Sequence record: SRR22947727_1342
Length of the DNA stretch: 40,137 bases
Strand: one strand, 5' to 3'
This document shows, piece by piece, positions 18,567 through 27,685 of the stretch. Made by a program: the position numbers and the translations under genes. Under the pieces are notes generated by a model that was given only the letters and a program-made list of their open reading frames with translations, was not told the origin of the DNA and made no database searches. Position 1 is the first letter of the stretch; each line of letters begins with the position of its first letter.

Positions 18567-20726
18567 ATGACCTCCTCTAATCAACTCGCTTTTCCATTCT
18601 CCGACTTAATTGCTGGATATATTCGCAAAGTCTCCTATCCTGATGCATTTGATTGCAAAGGGGAAATCGAACTTGAAACATCCGATGGCAGGATGTTTAC
18701 CGTTAAAATTACTGATGCCGCTTATGCTGAATTAGTACGTAATCTGGGTGAACCATTTCAAATGGCACCAGATTTGTCGCAGATTCTTGTTGAAGATCGT
18801 TTTATACATGTGTATGGTATTTTTTATCCAGAGTCAGACCGTCTTAAGTTTGAAGCAAAACATATGTTGCTTTTTGGTCGCTCTAAGGATGATCTAAGAT
18901 TCGAAGACCAAAACTGGTGGATTCATCAGGTTCAGCAATTATTGAATTTTTATCTGGAGGCTCAATTTAAGGTAGTTGAAGGCGAGAGTATTAACTTTAA
19001 GAATTTCCGAACCGATCTTAGTTCTGAAGGTAAAAAACAAGATGGTGTTCAGAATTTAGATACGATTTCACGACTTATTTATGGTTTTGCATCCGCTTAT
19101 ATGATGACGGGTGATGAACGAGCATTAGAGGCTGCGCAAAATGGTACTGAATACATGCAGCGTCACTTTAGACATCAAAATAAGAGTGAAGGTATTTGTT
19201 ATTGGTATAGCCAAATTGATATTCAGGATGATGGCAGCGTTCGTAAGTACATGGGTTCTACAGCTGGTGGAGATGAGGGAGGTAATGCTATTCCTTGTTA
19301 TGAGCAAATCTATGCTCTCGCTGGACCTACACAAACTTGGAGACTCGTTGGTGGAGAGGAAATCAAAACAGATATTGACGACACCATTTCATTCCTAAAT
19401 CGCTACTACAAAGACCATGGTCCTTACGGTGGATATTATTCACATGTGGATCCTGTTACCTTTGATGCAAAAGCTGAATCTCTTGGTGTAAACAAAGCCA
19501 AGAAAAACTGGAACTCTGTTGGAGATCATGCACCTGCATACTTAATTAATCTCTATCTTGCTACAGGAGATGATAATTATGCCAGATTTTTAGAGGATAC
19601 ATTTGACACTATTTGCGATCATTTCCCCGATTATGGTTATAGTCCTTTCATGAACGAAAAGTTCTTTGATGATTGGTCTCATGATTTGAAGTGGGGTATT
19701 CATCAAGCTCGTTGTGTTGTTGGTCATAACTTAAAGGTTGCTTGGAACCTTACAAGGATGCATAGTCTGATGCCAAAAGAAAGCTATAAAACATTTGCAC
19801 ATCAAATTGCTGATGCAATTCCAGGTGCAGGCTGTGACACACAACGTGGTGGCTGGTACGACATGATGGAACGGACACTAAAGGATGGTGAAGAAAATTA
19901 TCGCCGAGTCTGGCACGACAGAAAAGCATGGTGGCAGCAAGAACAAGGTATTCTTGCTTATTACATTATGGCTGGGGTTTACGATGATAAGCCTGAATAT
20001 CTAAGCTATGCGCGAGAAGGCTCTGCTTTCTATAATGGTTGGTTCCTTGACTATGAGGAAGGTGGGATTTACTTCAACGTTCTAGCCAATGGTCAACCCT
20101 ATTCACTTGGTAGTGAGAGAGGTAAAGGTAGTCATTCCATGGCTGGATATCATTCCTTTGAACTTTGCTTCCTGTCTGCAGTTTATACAAATCTACTAGT
20201 GAACAAGCAGCCTATGGATTTCTTCTTTAAACCCAGTCCTCATGCTTGGCCAGAGAACAAACTTCGTGTTGCACCAGATATCTTGCCAGAAGGTAGTATT
20301 GAACTCTCTGAAGTTTGGATAGACGATCAAATCCATACTGATTTTGACAAAAAGAATCTAATCGTTAATCTCCCGGATAGTGATAAGCCATTACGAGTGC
20401 GAGTTCGTATTGAGCCGGCCGGGCTTGGTTTCAGTGCTGATTTACTCAGCTATGAAGATGACATTGCGACTTTTGCTTTGGATGGTGATCTTACCCGTTG
20501 TAAACTCCCTCTATTTAAGAAAGAAGTTGAGAAGCTTAATGGTGCCAAAGCCATTGTTTTAGATATGACTAATCTTAAAACCGTTGATGATGTTGGTTGG
20601 AATTACTTGTTATTTACAAAACAGCAACGCGGTGCTGACTTCGGATTATCACTTAAAGGCCTTAATCCTGTAATCAGTCAATCCCTAAAAGATGCAGAGT
20701 TAGACGAGGAATTCAATGTAATGTAG
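18567..20726 (+). CDS. AGE-family (N-acylglucosamine 2-epimerase-like) epimerase/isomerase fused to a C-terminal STAS domain
   Basis: AGE-type motifs SRLIYGFA, VVGHNLK, RGGWYD, KAWWQQEQ, GYHSFE. Residues ~622-719 match STAS (ALDGDLT...IVLDMTNLKTVDDVG...LKGLNPVI). Confidence 0.8.
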   Translation: MTSSNQLAFPFSDLIAGYIRKVSYPDAFDCKGEIELETSDGRMFTVKITDAAYAELVRNLGEPFQMAPDLSQILVEDRFIHVYGIFYPESDRLKFEAKHMLLFGRSKDDLRFEDQNWWIHQVQQLLNFYLEAQFKVVEGESINFKNFRTDLSSEGKKQDGVQNLDTISRLIYGFASAYMMTGDERALEAAQNGTEYMQRHFRHQNKSEGICYWYSQIDIQDDGSVRKYMGSTAGGDEGGNAIPCYEQIYALAGPTQTWRLVGGEEIKTDIDDTISFLNRYYKDHGPYGGYYSHVDPVTFDAKAESLGVNKAKKNWNSVGDHAPAYLINLYLATGDDNYARFLEDTFDTICDHFPDYGYSPFMNEKFFDDWSHDLKWGIHQARCVVGHNLKVAWNLTRMHSLMPKESYKTFAHQIADAIPGAGCDTQRGGWYDMMERTLKDGEENYRRVWHDRKAWWQQEQGILAYYIMAGVYDDKPEYLSYAREGSAFYNGWFLDYEEGGIYFNVLANGQPYSLGSERGKGSHSMAGYHSFELCFLSAVYTNLLVNKQPMDFFFKPSPHAWPENKLRVAPDILPEGSIELSEVWIDDQIHTDFDKKNLIVNLPDSDKPLRVRVRIEPAGLGFSADLLSYEDDIATFALDGDLTRCKLPLFKKEVEKLNGAKAIVLDMTNLKTVDDVGWNYLLFTKQQRGADFGLSLKGLNPVISQSLKDAELDEEFNVM

Positions 20727-20759
20727 CTGTACAAAGTCTTATGAATTCAATTATACTTG

Positions 20760-20790
20760 AGGGTAAGCTGTAAGCATACCCTTTTTTTTT
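20760..20790 (+). terminator. Intrinsic terminator after the AGE-STAS gene
   Basis: AGGGTA-A-GC / GC-A-TACCCT hairpin with loop TGTAA, followed by a long T run. Confidence 0.65.
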
Positions 20791-20797
20791 ATTTGCT

Positions 20798-22204
20798 ATG
20801 AGCAGTCAATTTTTAGAGCTTAATCAAAAAGGCGTTAGAGCGGTAATGAGTGGAAGAATTTATGATGCAGAAGAGTTTTTCAGGGCAGCGATCAACCTCC
20901 AGTCCAACTCATTAGAAGCAGTCTTTAATTTGATAAAGCTATTTCATATGATCCATAGGTATCAGGATGCAATTCAATTATTTAAAGAAATTACGTATGA
21001 TCAACCTACAAAAGTTTTACCGCAACAAATCATAAATATTATTGGAGATTGTGCAGTTAAAGATAAGGATTTGAAGTCAGCCTGTGAGATCTTGGGTCTA
21101 TTACATGATTCTTTCCCTCACAATATTGAGACAACCTGTCAATTTTCAAATATACTGATTAAATCAGGTCAGCTTGGTAAAGCTAAATTTTTACTCGATC
21201 AAACTAATCTATTAATTCATAATAACCCGAGTGTCCTTACTCAGCTGGCTATTACAGAAAGTGAGCTTGGATACTATGATCGAGCTGAAGAGATTCACCT
21301 ACGACTTGTTAATACCCATCCAGATCATTTCTTAAGTAATTTTAATTATGCACTATTTTTGTCAACAATTGGTCGCTATGATGATGCCCTTAGATTTTAT
21401 AATCGCTGCCTCCAAATTGTGCCTGATGCTCCAGAAGCTCTAGCCGCTATTAAGAAGCTACCATCTAATGACACCTCATTATTGTCAGAGATTTATTATT
21501 TAATTGGAATTAATCTGTATGATGAGGCTATTGTCAAATTGCAATCAGCAAAAGCAAAAATTGATCCAATATATTATTGGGCTGCAATAAGTGACATTCC
21601 TGTAACTTCAGCAGCAATAATTGAAGATACTAGTTTGGTTTCCCCTTTCATTCAGATTGAAATCTTTGATTTGATTGATAATGTTGAGGAAAAAAGTATT
21701 GATCTAGCAAGACTCGAAGACCATGTTAAAAGTCAGGAAAGTTTAATATGGGATCGTGCAGGTAAGCCAACTCAATTTGGTAAGCAATCGCACGAAATTC
21801 TTAATGGCTCACAGGATCAGTGCATTCAAGATTTGAATCGTCGGCTATTAAAATATATTCACAATTATATGACCACTCGTCCATTTCTAGCTCAGATAGC
21901 AATCCAAAAAAATATTCAATATCGACTAAGTGGATGGGCAGTTTTACTGGCTAAGGGTGGTTACCAAAAAAGACATATTCATCCTGAGGCTATTGTGAGC
22001 GGTGTATTGTATATTAAACTATCAGATCAATGCCGGTCTGACGATCAAATCGAAGGAAATTTGTCGTTCCCTTCTAGTCAATGTAGTCGTATGATAACTC
22101 CAAAAGAAGGAATGGTTGTTCTATTCCCAAGTTATTTACCACACGAAACAATTCCATTGCAAGAAGATAGTGAACGAATTTGTATTGCCTTTAATTTAGT
22201 GTAA
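20798..22204 (+). CDS. TPR-repeat protein with a C-terminal putative 2OG-Fe(II) oxygenase domain (TIGR02466-like)
   Basis: Several TPR-like helical pairs (e.g. GRYDDALRFYNRCLQIVPDAPEA). C-terminal GWAV...HIHPEAIVSGVLY...VLFPSYLPHET...RICIAFN. Confidence 0.8.
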   Translation: MSSQFLELNQKGVRAVMSGRIYDAEEFFRAAINLQSNSLEAVFNLIKLFHMIHRYQDAIQLFKEITYDQPTKVLPQQIINIIGDCAVKDKDLKSACEILGLLHDSFPHNIETTCQFSNILIKSGQLGKAKFLLDQTNLLIHNNPSVLTQLAITESELGYYDRAEEIHLRLVNTHPDHFLSNFNYALFLSTIGRYDDALRFYNRCLQIVPDAPEALAAIKKLPSNDTSLLSEIYYLIGINLYDEAIVKLQSAKAKIDPIYYWAAISDIPVTSAAIIEDTSLVSPFIQIEIFDLIDNVEEKSIDLARLEDHVKSQESLIWDRAGKPTQFGKQSHEILNGSQDQCIQDLNRRLLKYIHNYMTTRPFLAQIAIQKNIQYRLSGWAVLLAKGGYQKRHIHPEAIVSGVLYIKLSDQCRSDDQIEGNLSFPSSQCSRMITPKEGMVVLFPSYLPHETIPLQEDSERICIAFNLV

Positions 22205-22210
22205 GTTGGC

Positions 22211-23854
22211 TTAACCAAATGGTTTTACTGAATAGCCGCCAAATACTATATCTACATAAAATCTATATTGTCCAGTATGTGTAGCCGTAAATTCGAGAGC
22301 AGGGGGATTTCCGTGAGAAGTTAACTGTCCAAATCTCTTCAAAGATCGTTTTGACGGATCAGAAGCATCTGGAATACTACCTGCAAAGTCATATCCATGA
22401 CTGTCTAGTTCATAGTCAGCGTAGACAAGAGCCCACTGTGATCTATTCGCTACATACTTATAGTTATAAGTTTGTCCAGCCGTGAGGTAGATAACACGCT
22501 CAAAGGATCCGGGGCTTAATGGATTCATTAAATTACAAGCTGCAGTTGGATTCCAGGCTTCCATCTCTTTCTTTTGATCAAATGAACCGACCAAAGACAT
22601 CTCAGTAATAGAGGTCACAGGGGTGAGTTCTCCTTTTCCTGATACTACATTAATACTTAGACGGTCGGTATTTGGGTCGAAGATGAATTCCAGTTCACTC
22701 TCCATATCTAACTCGAAACAGATATTAAGTTCATGCGGTTTGCCATGCCAGGTTATGCACTCTAAGGATTGAGATGCAACTCCATCACTTACATCAAGCC
22801 AACAGCCCAATCCAACAGTATCTAGAAAAAGCTCGCTATTAGTGGCAATATTAATAACATGAAAACCTGATTTAACCTTTGTAATCAGGGAAACTTTTGT
22901 TGAACCTTCTACAGACACCATCATGCGGTCGGGATCTGTTGGATCAAATTGATTCTCTTTAAAAATACTTCCTAATAATTGAAATGTATCGCGATTATTT
23001 AAATAAATTGGCTCTCTAATATTGTCATTGCTTTGAGCTGGTTTGACTGAAAAACTTGGATTAGGTGAATCAGGTGAATGAAGCCTAAATTGGTAAATTC
23101 CATCATCTAAGACCTTGATTGTACAACCGGAATGATGCGTTGTTCCATGACTACTCCCAAATCCAGTTCCTTGCACTAAAGTATTCGCACCATCATTTAA
23201 TGCCGAAAATCCCAAGTCTTCATCTTGGTTGGATGAAATAAGAAATTGGTATACACCATCAGCACGAAAATCAATACCGCCTTTTGTTGACAATGGCACA
23301 TCGATCGTCCATAAATCTTCTGTTACTTGTGAGAATTCACGACCTTTAAGGCGACAATCAAACTTTTCAAACATATTCAAATGATCCCAGGGAAAACCGT
23401 TTAGCTGATATGAATCAAAAGTATCTACATGATGAAGAGTATCTGCTCCAGCACTTGGCGTAAGACTAAGTTTCATGGTCGATGAGTCGAATTCAAACAA
23501 GATTGACTGGCTCATATCAACTGAGAAATTTATATTACGAGTCGACTGCCCATCAGCCGTTTCTATTAGGTCCCATACCCCGTTTGCTTTATTGGAAATG
23601 GATGTTTTTAAATAACGATATGGTGAATGATTAATCACTAATCTAATTGAATATTGTCCATTGACCTCTGGAAGTTGTGGACCATTCACAGGATGTGAAA
23701 TTTGCCAACGGGTCTCCGATAATCGAACCATTTCCAATGCTGAATCAAACGGATTCCATTTCCAACGTCTTCGGTGTACTGTTCCTAATAGACTAATTGA
23801 TTCTATATTGTTCGCCTCGATATGTTTTTTGCTGTAAGAGGGTAAATTAAACAC
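22211..23854 (-). CDS. Hypothetical protein with four ~130-aa X25/SusE-like putative alpha-glucan-binding repeats
   Basis: 547-aa ORF. Repeats start at aa 19, 148, 290 and 418 (SISLLGT, SYQLNGF, TFQLLGS, EMSLVGSF...WNP...M...YNYKYVAN). No signal peptide seen. The family call is from pattern recognition only. Confidence 0.55.
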   Translation of the reverse strand: MFNLPSYSKKHIEANNIESISLLGTVHRRRWKWNPFDSALEMVRLSETRWQISHPVNGPQLPEVNGQYSIRLVINHSPYRYLKTSISNKANGVWDLIETADGQSTRNINFSVDMSQSILFEFDSSTMKLSLTPSAGADTLHHVDTFDSYQLNGFPWDHLNMFEKFDCRLKGREFSQVTEDLWTIDVPLSTKGGIDFRADGVYQFLISSNQDEDLGFSALNDGANTLVQGTGFGSSHGTTHHSGCTIKVLDDGIYQFRLHSPDSPNPSFSVKPAQSNDNIREPIYLNNRDTFQLLGSIFKENQFDPTDPDRMMVSVEGSTKVSLITKVKSGFHVINIATNSELFLDTVGLGCWLDVSDGVASQSLECITWHGKPHELNICFELDMESELEFIFDPNTDRLSINVVSGKGELTPVTSITEMSLVGSFDQKKEMEAWNPTAACNLMNPLSPGSFERVIYLTAGQTYNYKYVANRSQWALVYADYELDSHGYDFAGSIPDASDPSKRSLKRFGQLTSHGNPPALEFTATHTGQYRFYVDIVFGGYSVKPFG

Positions 23855-24085
23855 TGCGTTTAAGGGCTGACTTATAGCTACTCTAAGCTAATCTTCGTAT
23901 TTATGTCTGGATAAATTAATCATATGTATATAATTTATTATTTTTTTGTTAACCCTTGCGACTACCGATCCCCCATTGTTTATAAAAAAAATAGGTAGGT
24001 GTTGTCATTTTTACTGTCACCACCGTTTGGCATGCCTATATTTAAATTACCTGAGTTGATGCTCAGTAACTATCGCTTCACTTCT

Positions 24086-24943
24086 ATGACTAAGAAAATT
24101 TTGGTGATGCTCTCCGAGTGGGGCTACTGGGGTGAGGAACTGATTGGTCCTCTCGATGTGCTTACGAAGGCCGGTTATACCCTCGATTTCATGACCGCGT
24201 TCGGCAGAAAACCGCCTGCTCTACCGCCCAGCATGGAAGAGGGCTATTTAGATCCACCACTTAACAAGGTAGTTACCGATGCTCATTTCGCGAAGCGAAC
24301 AACTGAAGTACATGAATCAAATCTTTTAAGTAATCCAATCAACCTCTCAGAGAAACTTTCTCTGATGCCTTATTTCAATGGTCAGAACTTTGGTTTAGAT
24401 CTAGCGGCTTTTCATGATAGAAGAGAGGAATTTTGGAAGGAGTTTGTAGACCCGTATGATGCCTTGCTTCTTCCAGGTGGAAGTGGACCAATGGTCGATA
24501 TGGTTAATAATGAAAGACTTCATAATCTTATTCTAGGTTACGTAAATCGTAACAAGCTTATAGCTGCTGAATGCTACTGTGTTACCTGTTTGGCATTCGC
24601 GCGTGAGTGGTCAGATCGAAAGAGTATTATTTGGGGAAAAAATGTAACTGGCCATGCTCGTGAATATGATTACAAAGAGGGCACTGGTTTTGCTCAAATG
24701 TATGGATATGACGGAGAACCTATGAACACAAGTGCCAATTTTGGTCCTCCTTTTTATCCCCTTGAGTATATTCTTAGAGATGCTACTGGACCTAGTGGCA
24801 AATATCATGGAGGTGTCGGTAAAAACATATCTACAATCCTGGATTATCCTTTCTTGACAGGAAGATCCACGCAGGACTCTGCACTGGTCGGTGAGCTTAT
24901 TCTCAAAGTGCTTGAGGAAGGTTTAACTCGCTACGGTTGGTAA
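24086..24943 (+). CDS. DJ-1/PfpI (type 1 glutamine amidotransferase-like) protein
   Basis: KKILVMLSEWGYWGEEL (conserved Glu), YDALLLPGGSG, IAAECYCV (nucleophile-elbow Cys), FLTGRS. Start moved to ATG 24086. Confidence 0.85.
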   Translation: MTKKILVMLSEWGYWGEELIGPLDVLTKAGYTLDFMTAFGRKPPALPPSMEEGYLDPPLNKVVTDAHFAKRTTEVHESNLLSNPINLSEKLSLMPYFNGQNFGLDLAAFHDRREEFWKEFVDPYDALLLPGGSGPMVDMVNNERLHNLILGYVNRNKLIAAECYCVTCLAFAREWSDRKSIIWGKNVTGHAREYDYKEGTGFAQMYGYDGEPMNTSANFGPPFYPLEYILRDATGPSGKYHGGVGKNISTILDYPFLTGRSTQDSALVGELILKVLEEGLTRYGW

Positions 24944-24968
24944 TTTAAACCATACAAATGGTGTCTTT

Positions 24969-26729
24969 ATGACACCATTTTCAATCATCACTACTTCACT
25001 GAAAATTATGAGAGGTCATGAGGCAATTCTGCGGCAGTTTCTTGCCAACGACCTAGACCATATGTTCGGAAATCCCGGGACTGTTGAACAGGGATTTCTT
25101 GATGCCTTGGCAGATGTTCCAGATATGAAATACATTCTCACACTACAAGAATCTATAGCTGTCTTGTGTGCGGATGGATATGCACGAGCACGACTAAAAC
25201 CTGCACTTGTACAGATTCATAGTTCTCCTGGATTAGGAAATGCTATTGGAAATTTATATCAGGCGATGCGTGGACAATCGCCCCTAGTCGTGATTGGCGG
25301 CGACGCCGGTATTAAATACCAGGCAATGGACGCTCAAATGGCTGCTGATTTAGTAGCAATGGCAGAGCCTGTCACTAAATGGTCTGCAATGGTTCAACAT
25401 CCATCCAGTCTTTTGAGAATGGTTAGACGTGCGATCAAGATTGCCGCAACTCCTCCCTGTGGCCCTGTATACCTATGTTTACCTGAAGATATTCTGGACG
25501 CAGAAATAACTGAAGAGATTTTCCCTGCCCATGTGCCCAGTTTGGCAACGAGACCTAGTGAGAATGATCTAAAGGAATTAGCCTCAGCGATTGAGCAGGC
25601 CAGCAATCCCATCATTCTTGTTGGAGATGGGGTGGCTTGGACCGGCGGAGTCGACCATGTGGTTGAGCTTGCGGAAACCATGGGAGCCAAGGTCTACTCA
25701 GCAGATGGAGGTGAGATTAACTTTCCCGATGATCACCTTCTTAACTACGGTAGTACTGGTCACATGTTCGGTGATGCAAGCCTACCTATCACAAAAGGTT
25801 GTGATCTCTGTATCACCCTTGGAGCCTACTTACTACCAGAAGTATTTCCCCATCTGGGAGACATTTTTGATCCGAAGGCGATTGTCATTCATGTTGATAC
25901 CGATGTCAATAATATTGCCAAGAATCATCGGGTTGACATTTCCTACGTCGCAGAACCTCACACCGTAATTGAGGGTTTGATGCCCCTTGTTAAGCAGTTG
26001 CCTCAGGATTGGCACAATGCTGCACAAGCGAGAAGACAACAGCTGCAAAGCGAATCCCCTGTGATCATTAATGACGTCGACGTCAATTATGAAGTTGTTC
26101 CAAAACACTCAAGCGAGGAGTATGACGGTAAGAAATTGTCAATGAAGTCGGGTTATTTTATCAAGACTCTTTCCGAAATGCTTCCCGATAACAAAATAAT
26201 ATTTGATGAAGCATTGACCAATTCCCCTCCAGTTAACAAATATCTGCCAGGGCGTGTACCAGGCGATCGAATGTTGACTCGTGGGGGGTCTTTGGGTACC
26301 GGTTTCCCCGGTGCCATCGGTGCAAAAATCGCATATCCTGATCGATGCGTTGTTGGTTTCTCCGGAGACGGTGGCAGTATGTATACAATCCAGTGCTTAT
26401 GGACAGCAGCAAGGCACAACGTCGGAGCCAAATTTGTGGTCTGCCAAAACAGGTCTTATAAGCTATTGCAGGCAAACATCAGTAAGTTCTGGGCTGAAAG
26501 AGGAATTGAAGGACGGGAGTTTCCGCTCCCATTTGATCTTTCCAAGCCCGAAATTTGCTTCAATGAAATTGCTCATAGCTTCGGTGTTGCTGGTGAAAGA
26601 GTTATTCGTCCTGATCAGGTGAAAGATGCGATTGCAAGAATGCTTGCCCATGACGGCCCTTATTTGATCAACCTTGTGCTAGACGGTTCGATTCGACCAG
26701 ATCACATTGGTGTTCATTGCGGACAATAG
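24969..26729 (+). CDS. Thiamine-diphosphate-dependent enzyme, benzoylformate decarboxylase-like
   Basis: FGNPGTVE, LQESIAV (catalytic Glu), IHSSPGLGNA, GGSLG, ThDP/Mg motif GDGGSMY...CQNRSY. Alternative start ATG 25008. Confidence 0.88.
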   Translation: MTPFSIITTSLKIMRGHEAILRQFLANDLDHMFGNPGTVEQGFLDALADVPDMKYILTLQESIAVLCADGYARARLKPALVQIHSSPGLGNAIGNLYQAMRGQSPLVVIGGDAGIKYQAMDAQMAADLVAMAEPVTKWSAMVQHPSSLLRMVRRAIKIAATPPCGPVYLCLPEDILDAEITEEIFPAHVPSLATRPSENDLKELASAIEQASNPIILVGDGVAWTGGVDHVVELAETMGAKVYSADGGEINFPDDHLLNYGSTGHMFGDASLPITKGCDLCITLGAYLLPEVFPHLGDIFDPKAIVIHVDTDVNNIAKNHRVDISYVAEPHTVIEGLMPLVKQLPQDWHNAAQARRQQLQSESPVIINDVDVNYEVVPKHSSEEYDGKKLSMKSGYFIKTLSEMLPDNKIIFDEALTNSPPVNKYLPGRVPGDRMLTRGGSLGTGFPGAIGAKIAYPDRCVVGFSGDGGSMYTIQCLWTAARHNVGAKFVVCQNRSYKLLQANISKFWAERGIEGREFPLPFDLSKPEICFNEIAHSFGVAGERVIRPDQVKDAIARMLAHDGPYLINLVLDGSIRPDHIGVHCGQ

Positions 26730-26811
26730 ATATGATTTTTCTAATACTATTCTTCTCATCTGGATAGAATCTATCCAATTACAACTTCTGAATTTTTTTA
26801 TCCTCTATAAA

Positions 26812-27237
26812 ATGTTTACACATCCCGAGATCTGGTCTTTTGCATCAAATTGGTATCGCTACCTAGATGTTCATGCTCCGCTTGATAGCTTTAGGCCTTT
26901 GCTCACTGATAATGTTCAGCTTGTTTTCCCAGAGGCAACAGTCACTGGCTTTGAGGGTTATTCCAGTTGGTACAACAATGTTATTAATATATTCTTTGAC
27001 GAACAGCATACGCTTAAGATTGCAGATATTGCCAACCAAACTGATGAATCATGTGAAGTTCATGTTGTTGTTAATTGGCATGCAAGTATTTGGAATGCAC
27101 CTGAAGCACGTAGTACTCGTTTGATGATGGATGCCGATCAAACTTGGGAGGTAATGCGAACTTCAAATGGACAACTTGCTGTTTCTAAATATATTGTTAA
27201 TTACATGACATACGAGCCTGGCTCTTGTAAGCTTTAA
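26812..27237 (+). CDS. SnoaL/NTF2-like fold protein
   Basis: 141 aa from ATG 26812. WYRYLDVH helix, FPEATVTGFEG..W, then beta strands VVVNWHA and ADQTWEV. The ORF-track extension from 26707 is unlikely. Confidence 0.7.
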   Translation: MFTHPEIWSFASNWYRYLDVHAPLDSFRPLLTDNVQLVFPEATVTGFEGYSSWYNNVINIFFDEQHTLKIADIANQTDESCEVHVVVNWHASIWNAPEARSTRLMMDADQTWEVMRTSNGQLAVSKYIVNYMTYEPGSCKL

Positions 27238-27282
27238 TTACTTTCATCATCACTTGCGCTTTTTTAGTCTTTACTTTTTATT

Positions 27283-27678
27283 ATGAAAAATGTTCCTCAC
27301 AGCAAGCTCGGTGATCTTTACCGGGCACACATTAATTTAATCCTTAAAAAGGATATTGATGGCCTTCTTTCCCAGTACGCAGATGATGCGCTATTGATTT
27401 CTAGTTTTGAAAAATCACCGAAATATTTTCGAGGAAGTAAAGAACTCGAAGTCCATTTTCAGGGTATTCTTGGTATCCAAGGCCTGGATACAGAAATTGC
27501 ATTTTGGGGAGAGACAGAAAACCCCACGACACTAATGATTGTTGAGGCTATAACTATGCAAACTCCTGATGGTGAAGCGAAGATGCGATTTGCTGATAGT
27601 TGGGTTCTCAATGAAGAGGGGCGTATACAGATTCACTTCGCTGGTATGACTCAGTATCCTGATGGTTCAATAGCCTGA
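27283..27678 (+). CDS. SnoaL/NTF2-like fold protein
   Basis: KDIDGLLSQYADDA...FRGSKEL...FADSWVLNEEGRIQIHF matches the SnoaL_2 pattern. Confidence 0.8.
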   Translation: MKNVPHSKLGDLYRAHINLILKKDIDGLLSQYADDALLISSFEKSPKYFRGSKELEVHFQGILGIQGLDTEIAFWGETENPTTLMIVEAITMQTPDGEAKMRFADSWVLNEEGRIQIHFAGMTQYPDGSIA

Positions 27679-27685
27679 GAATATT

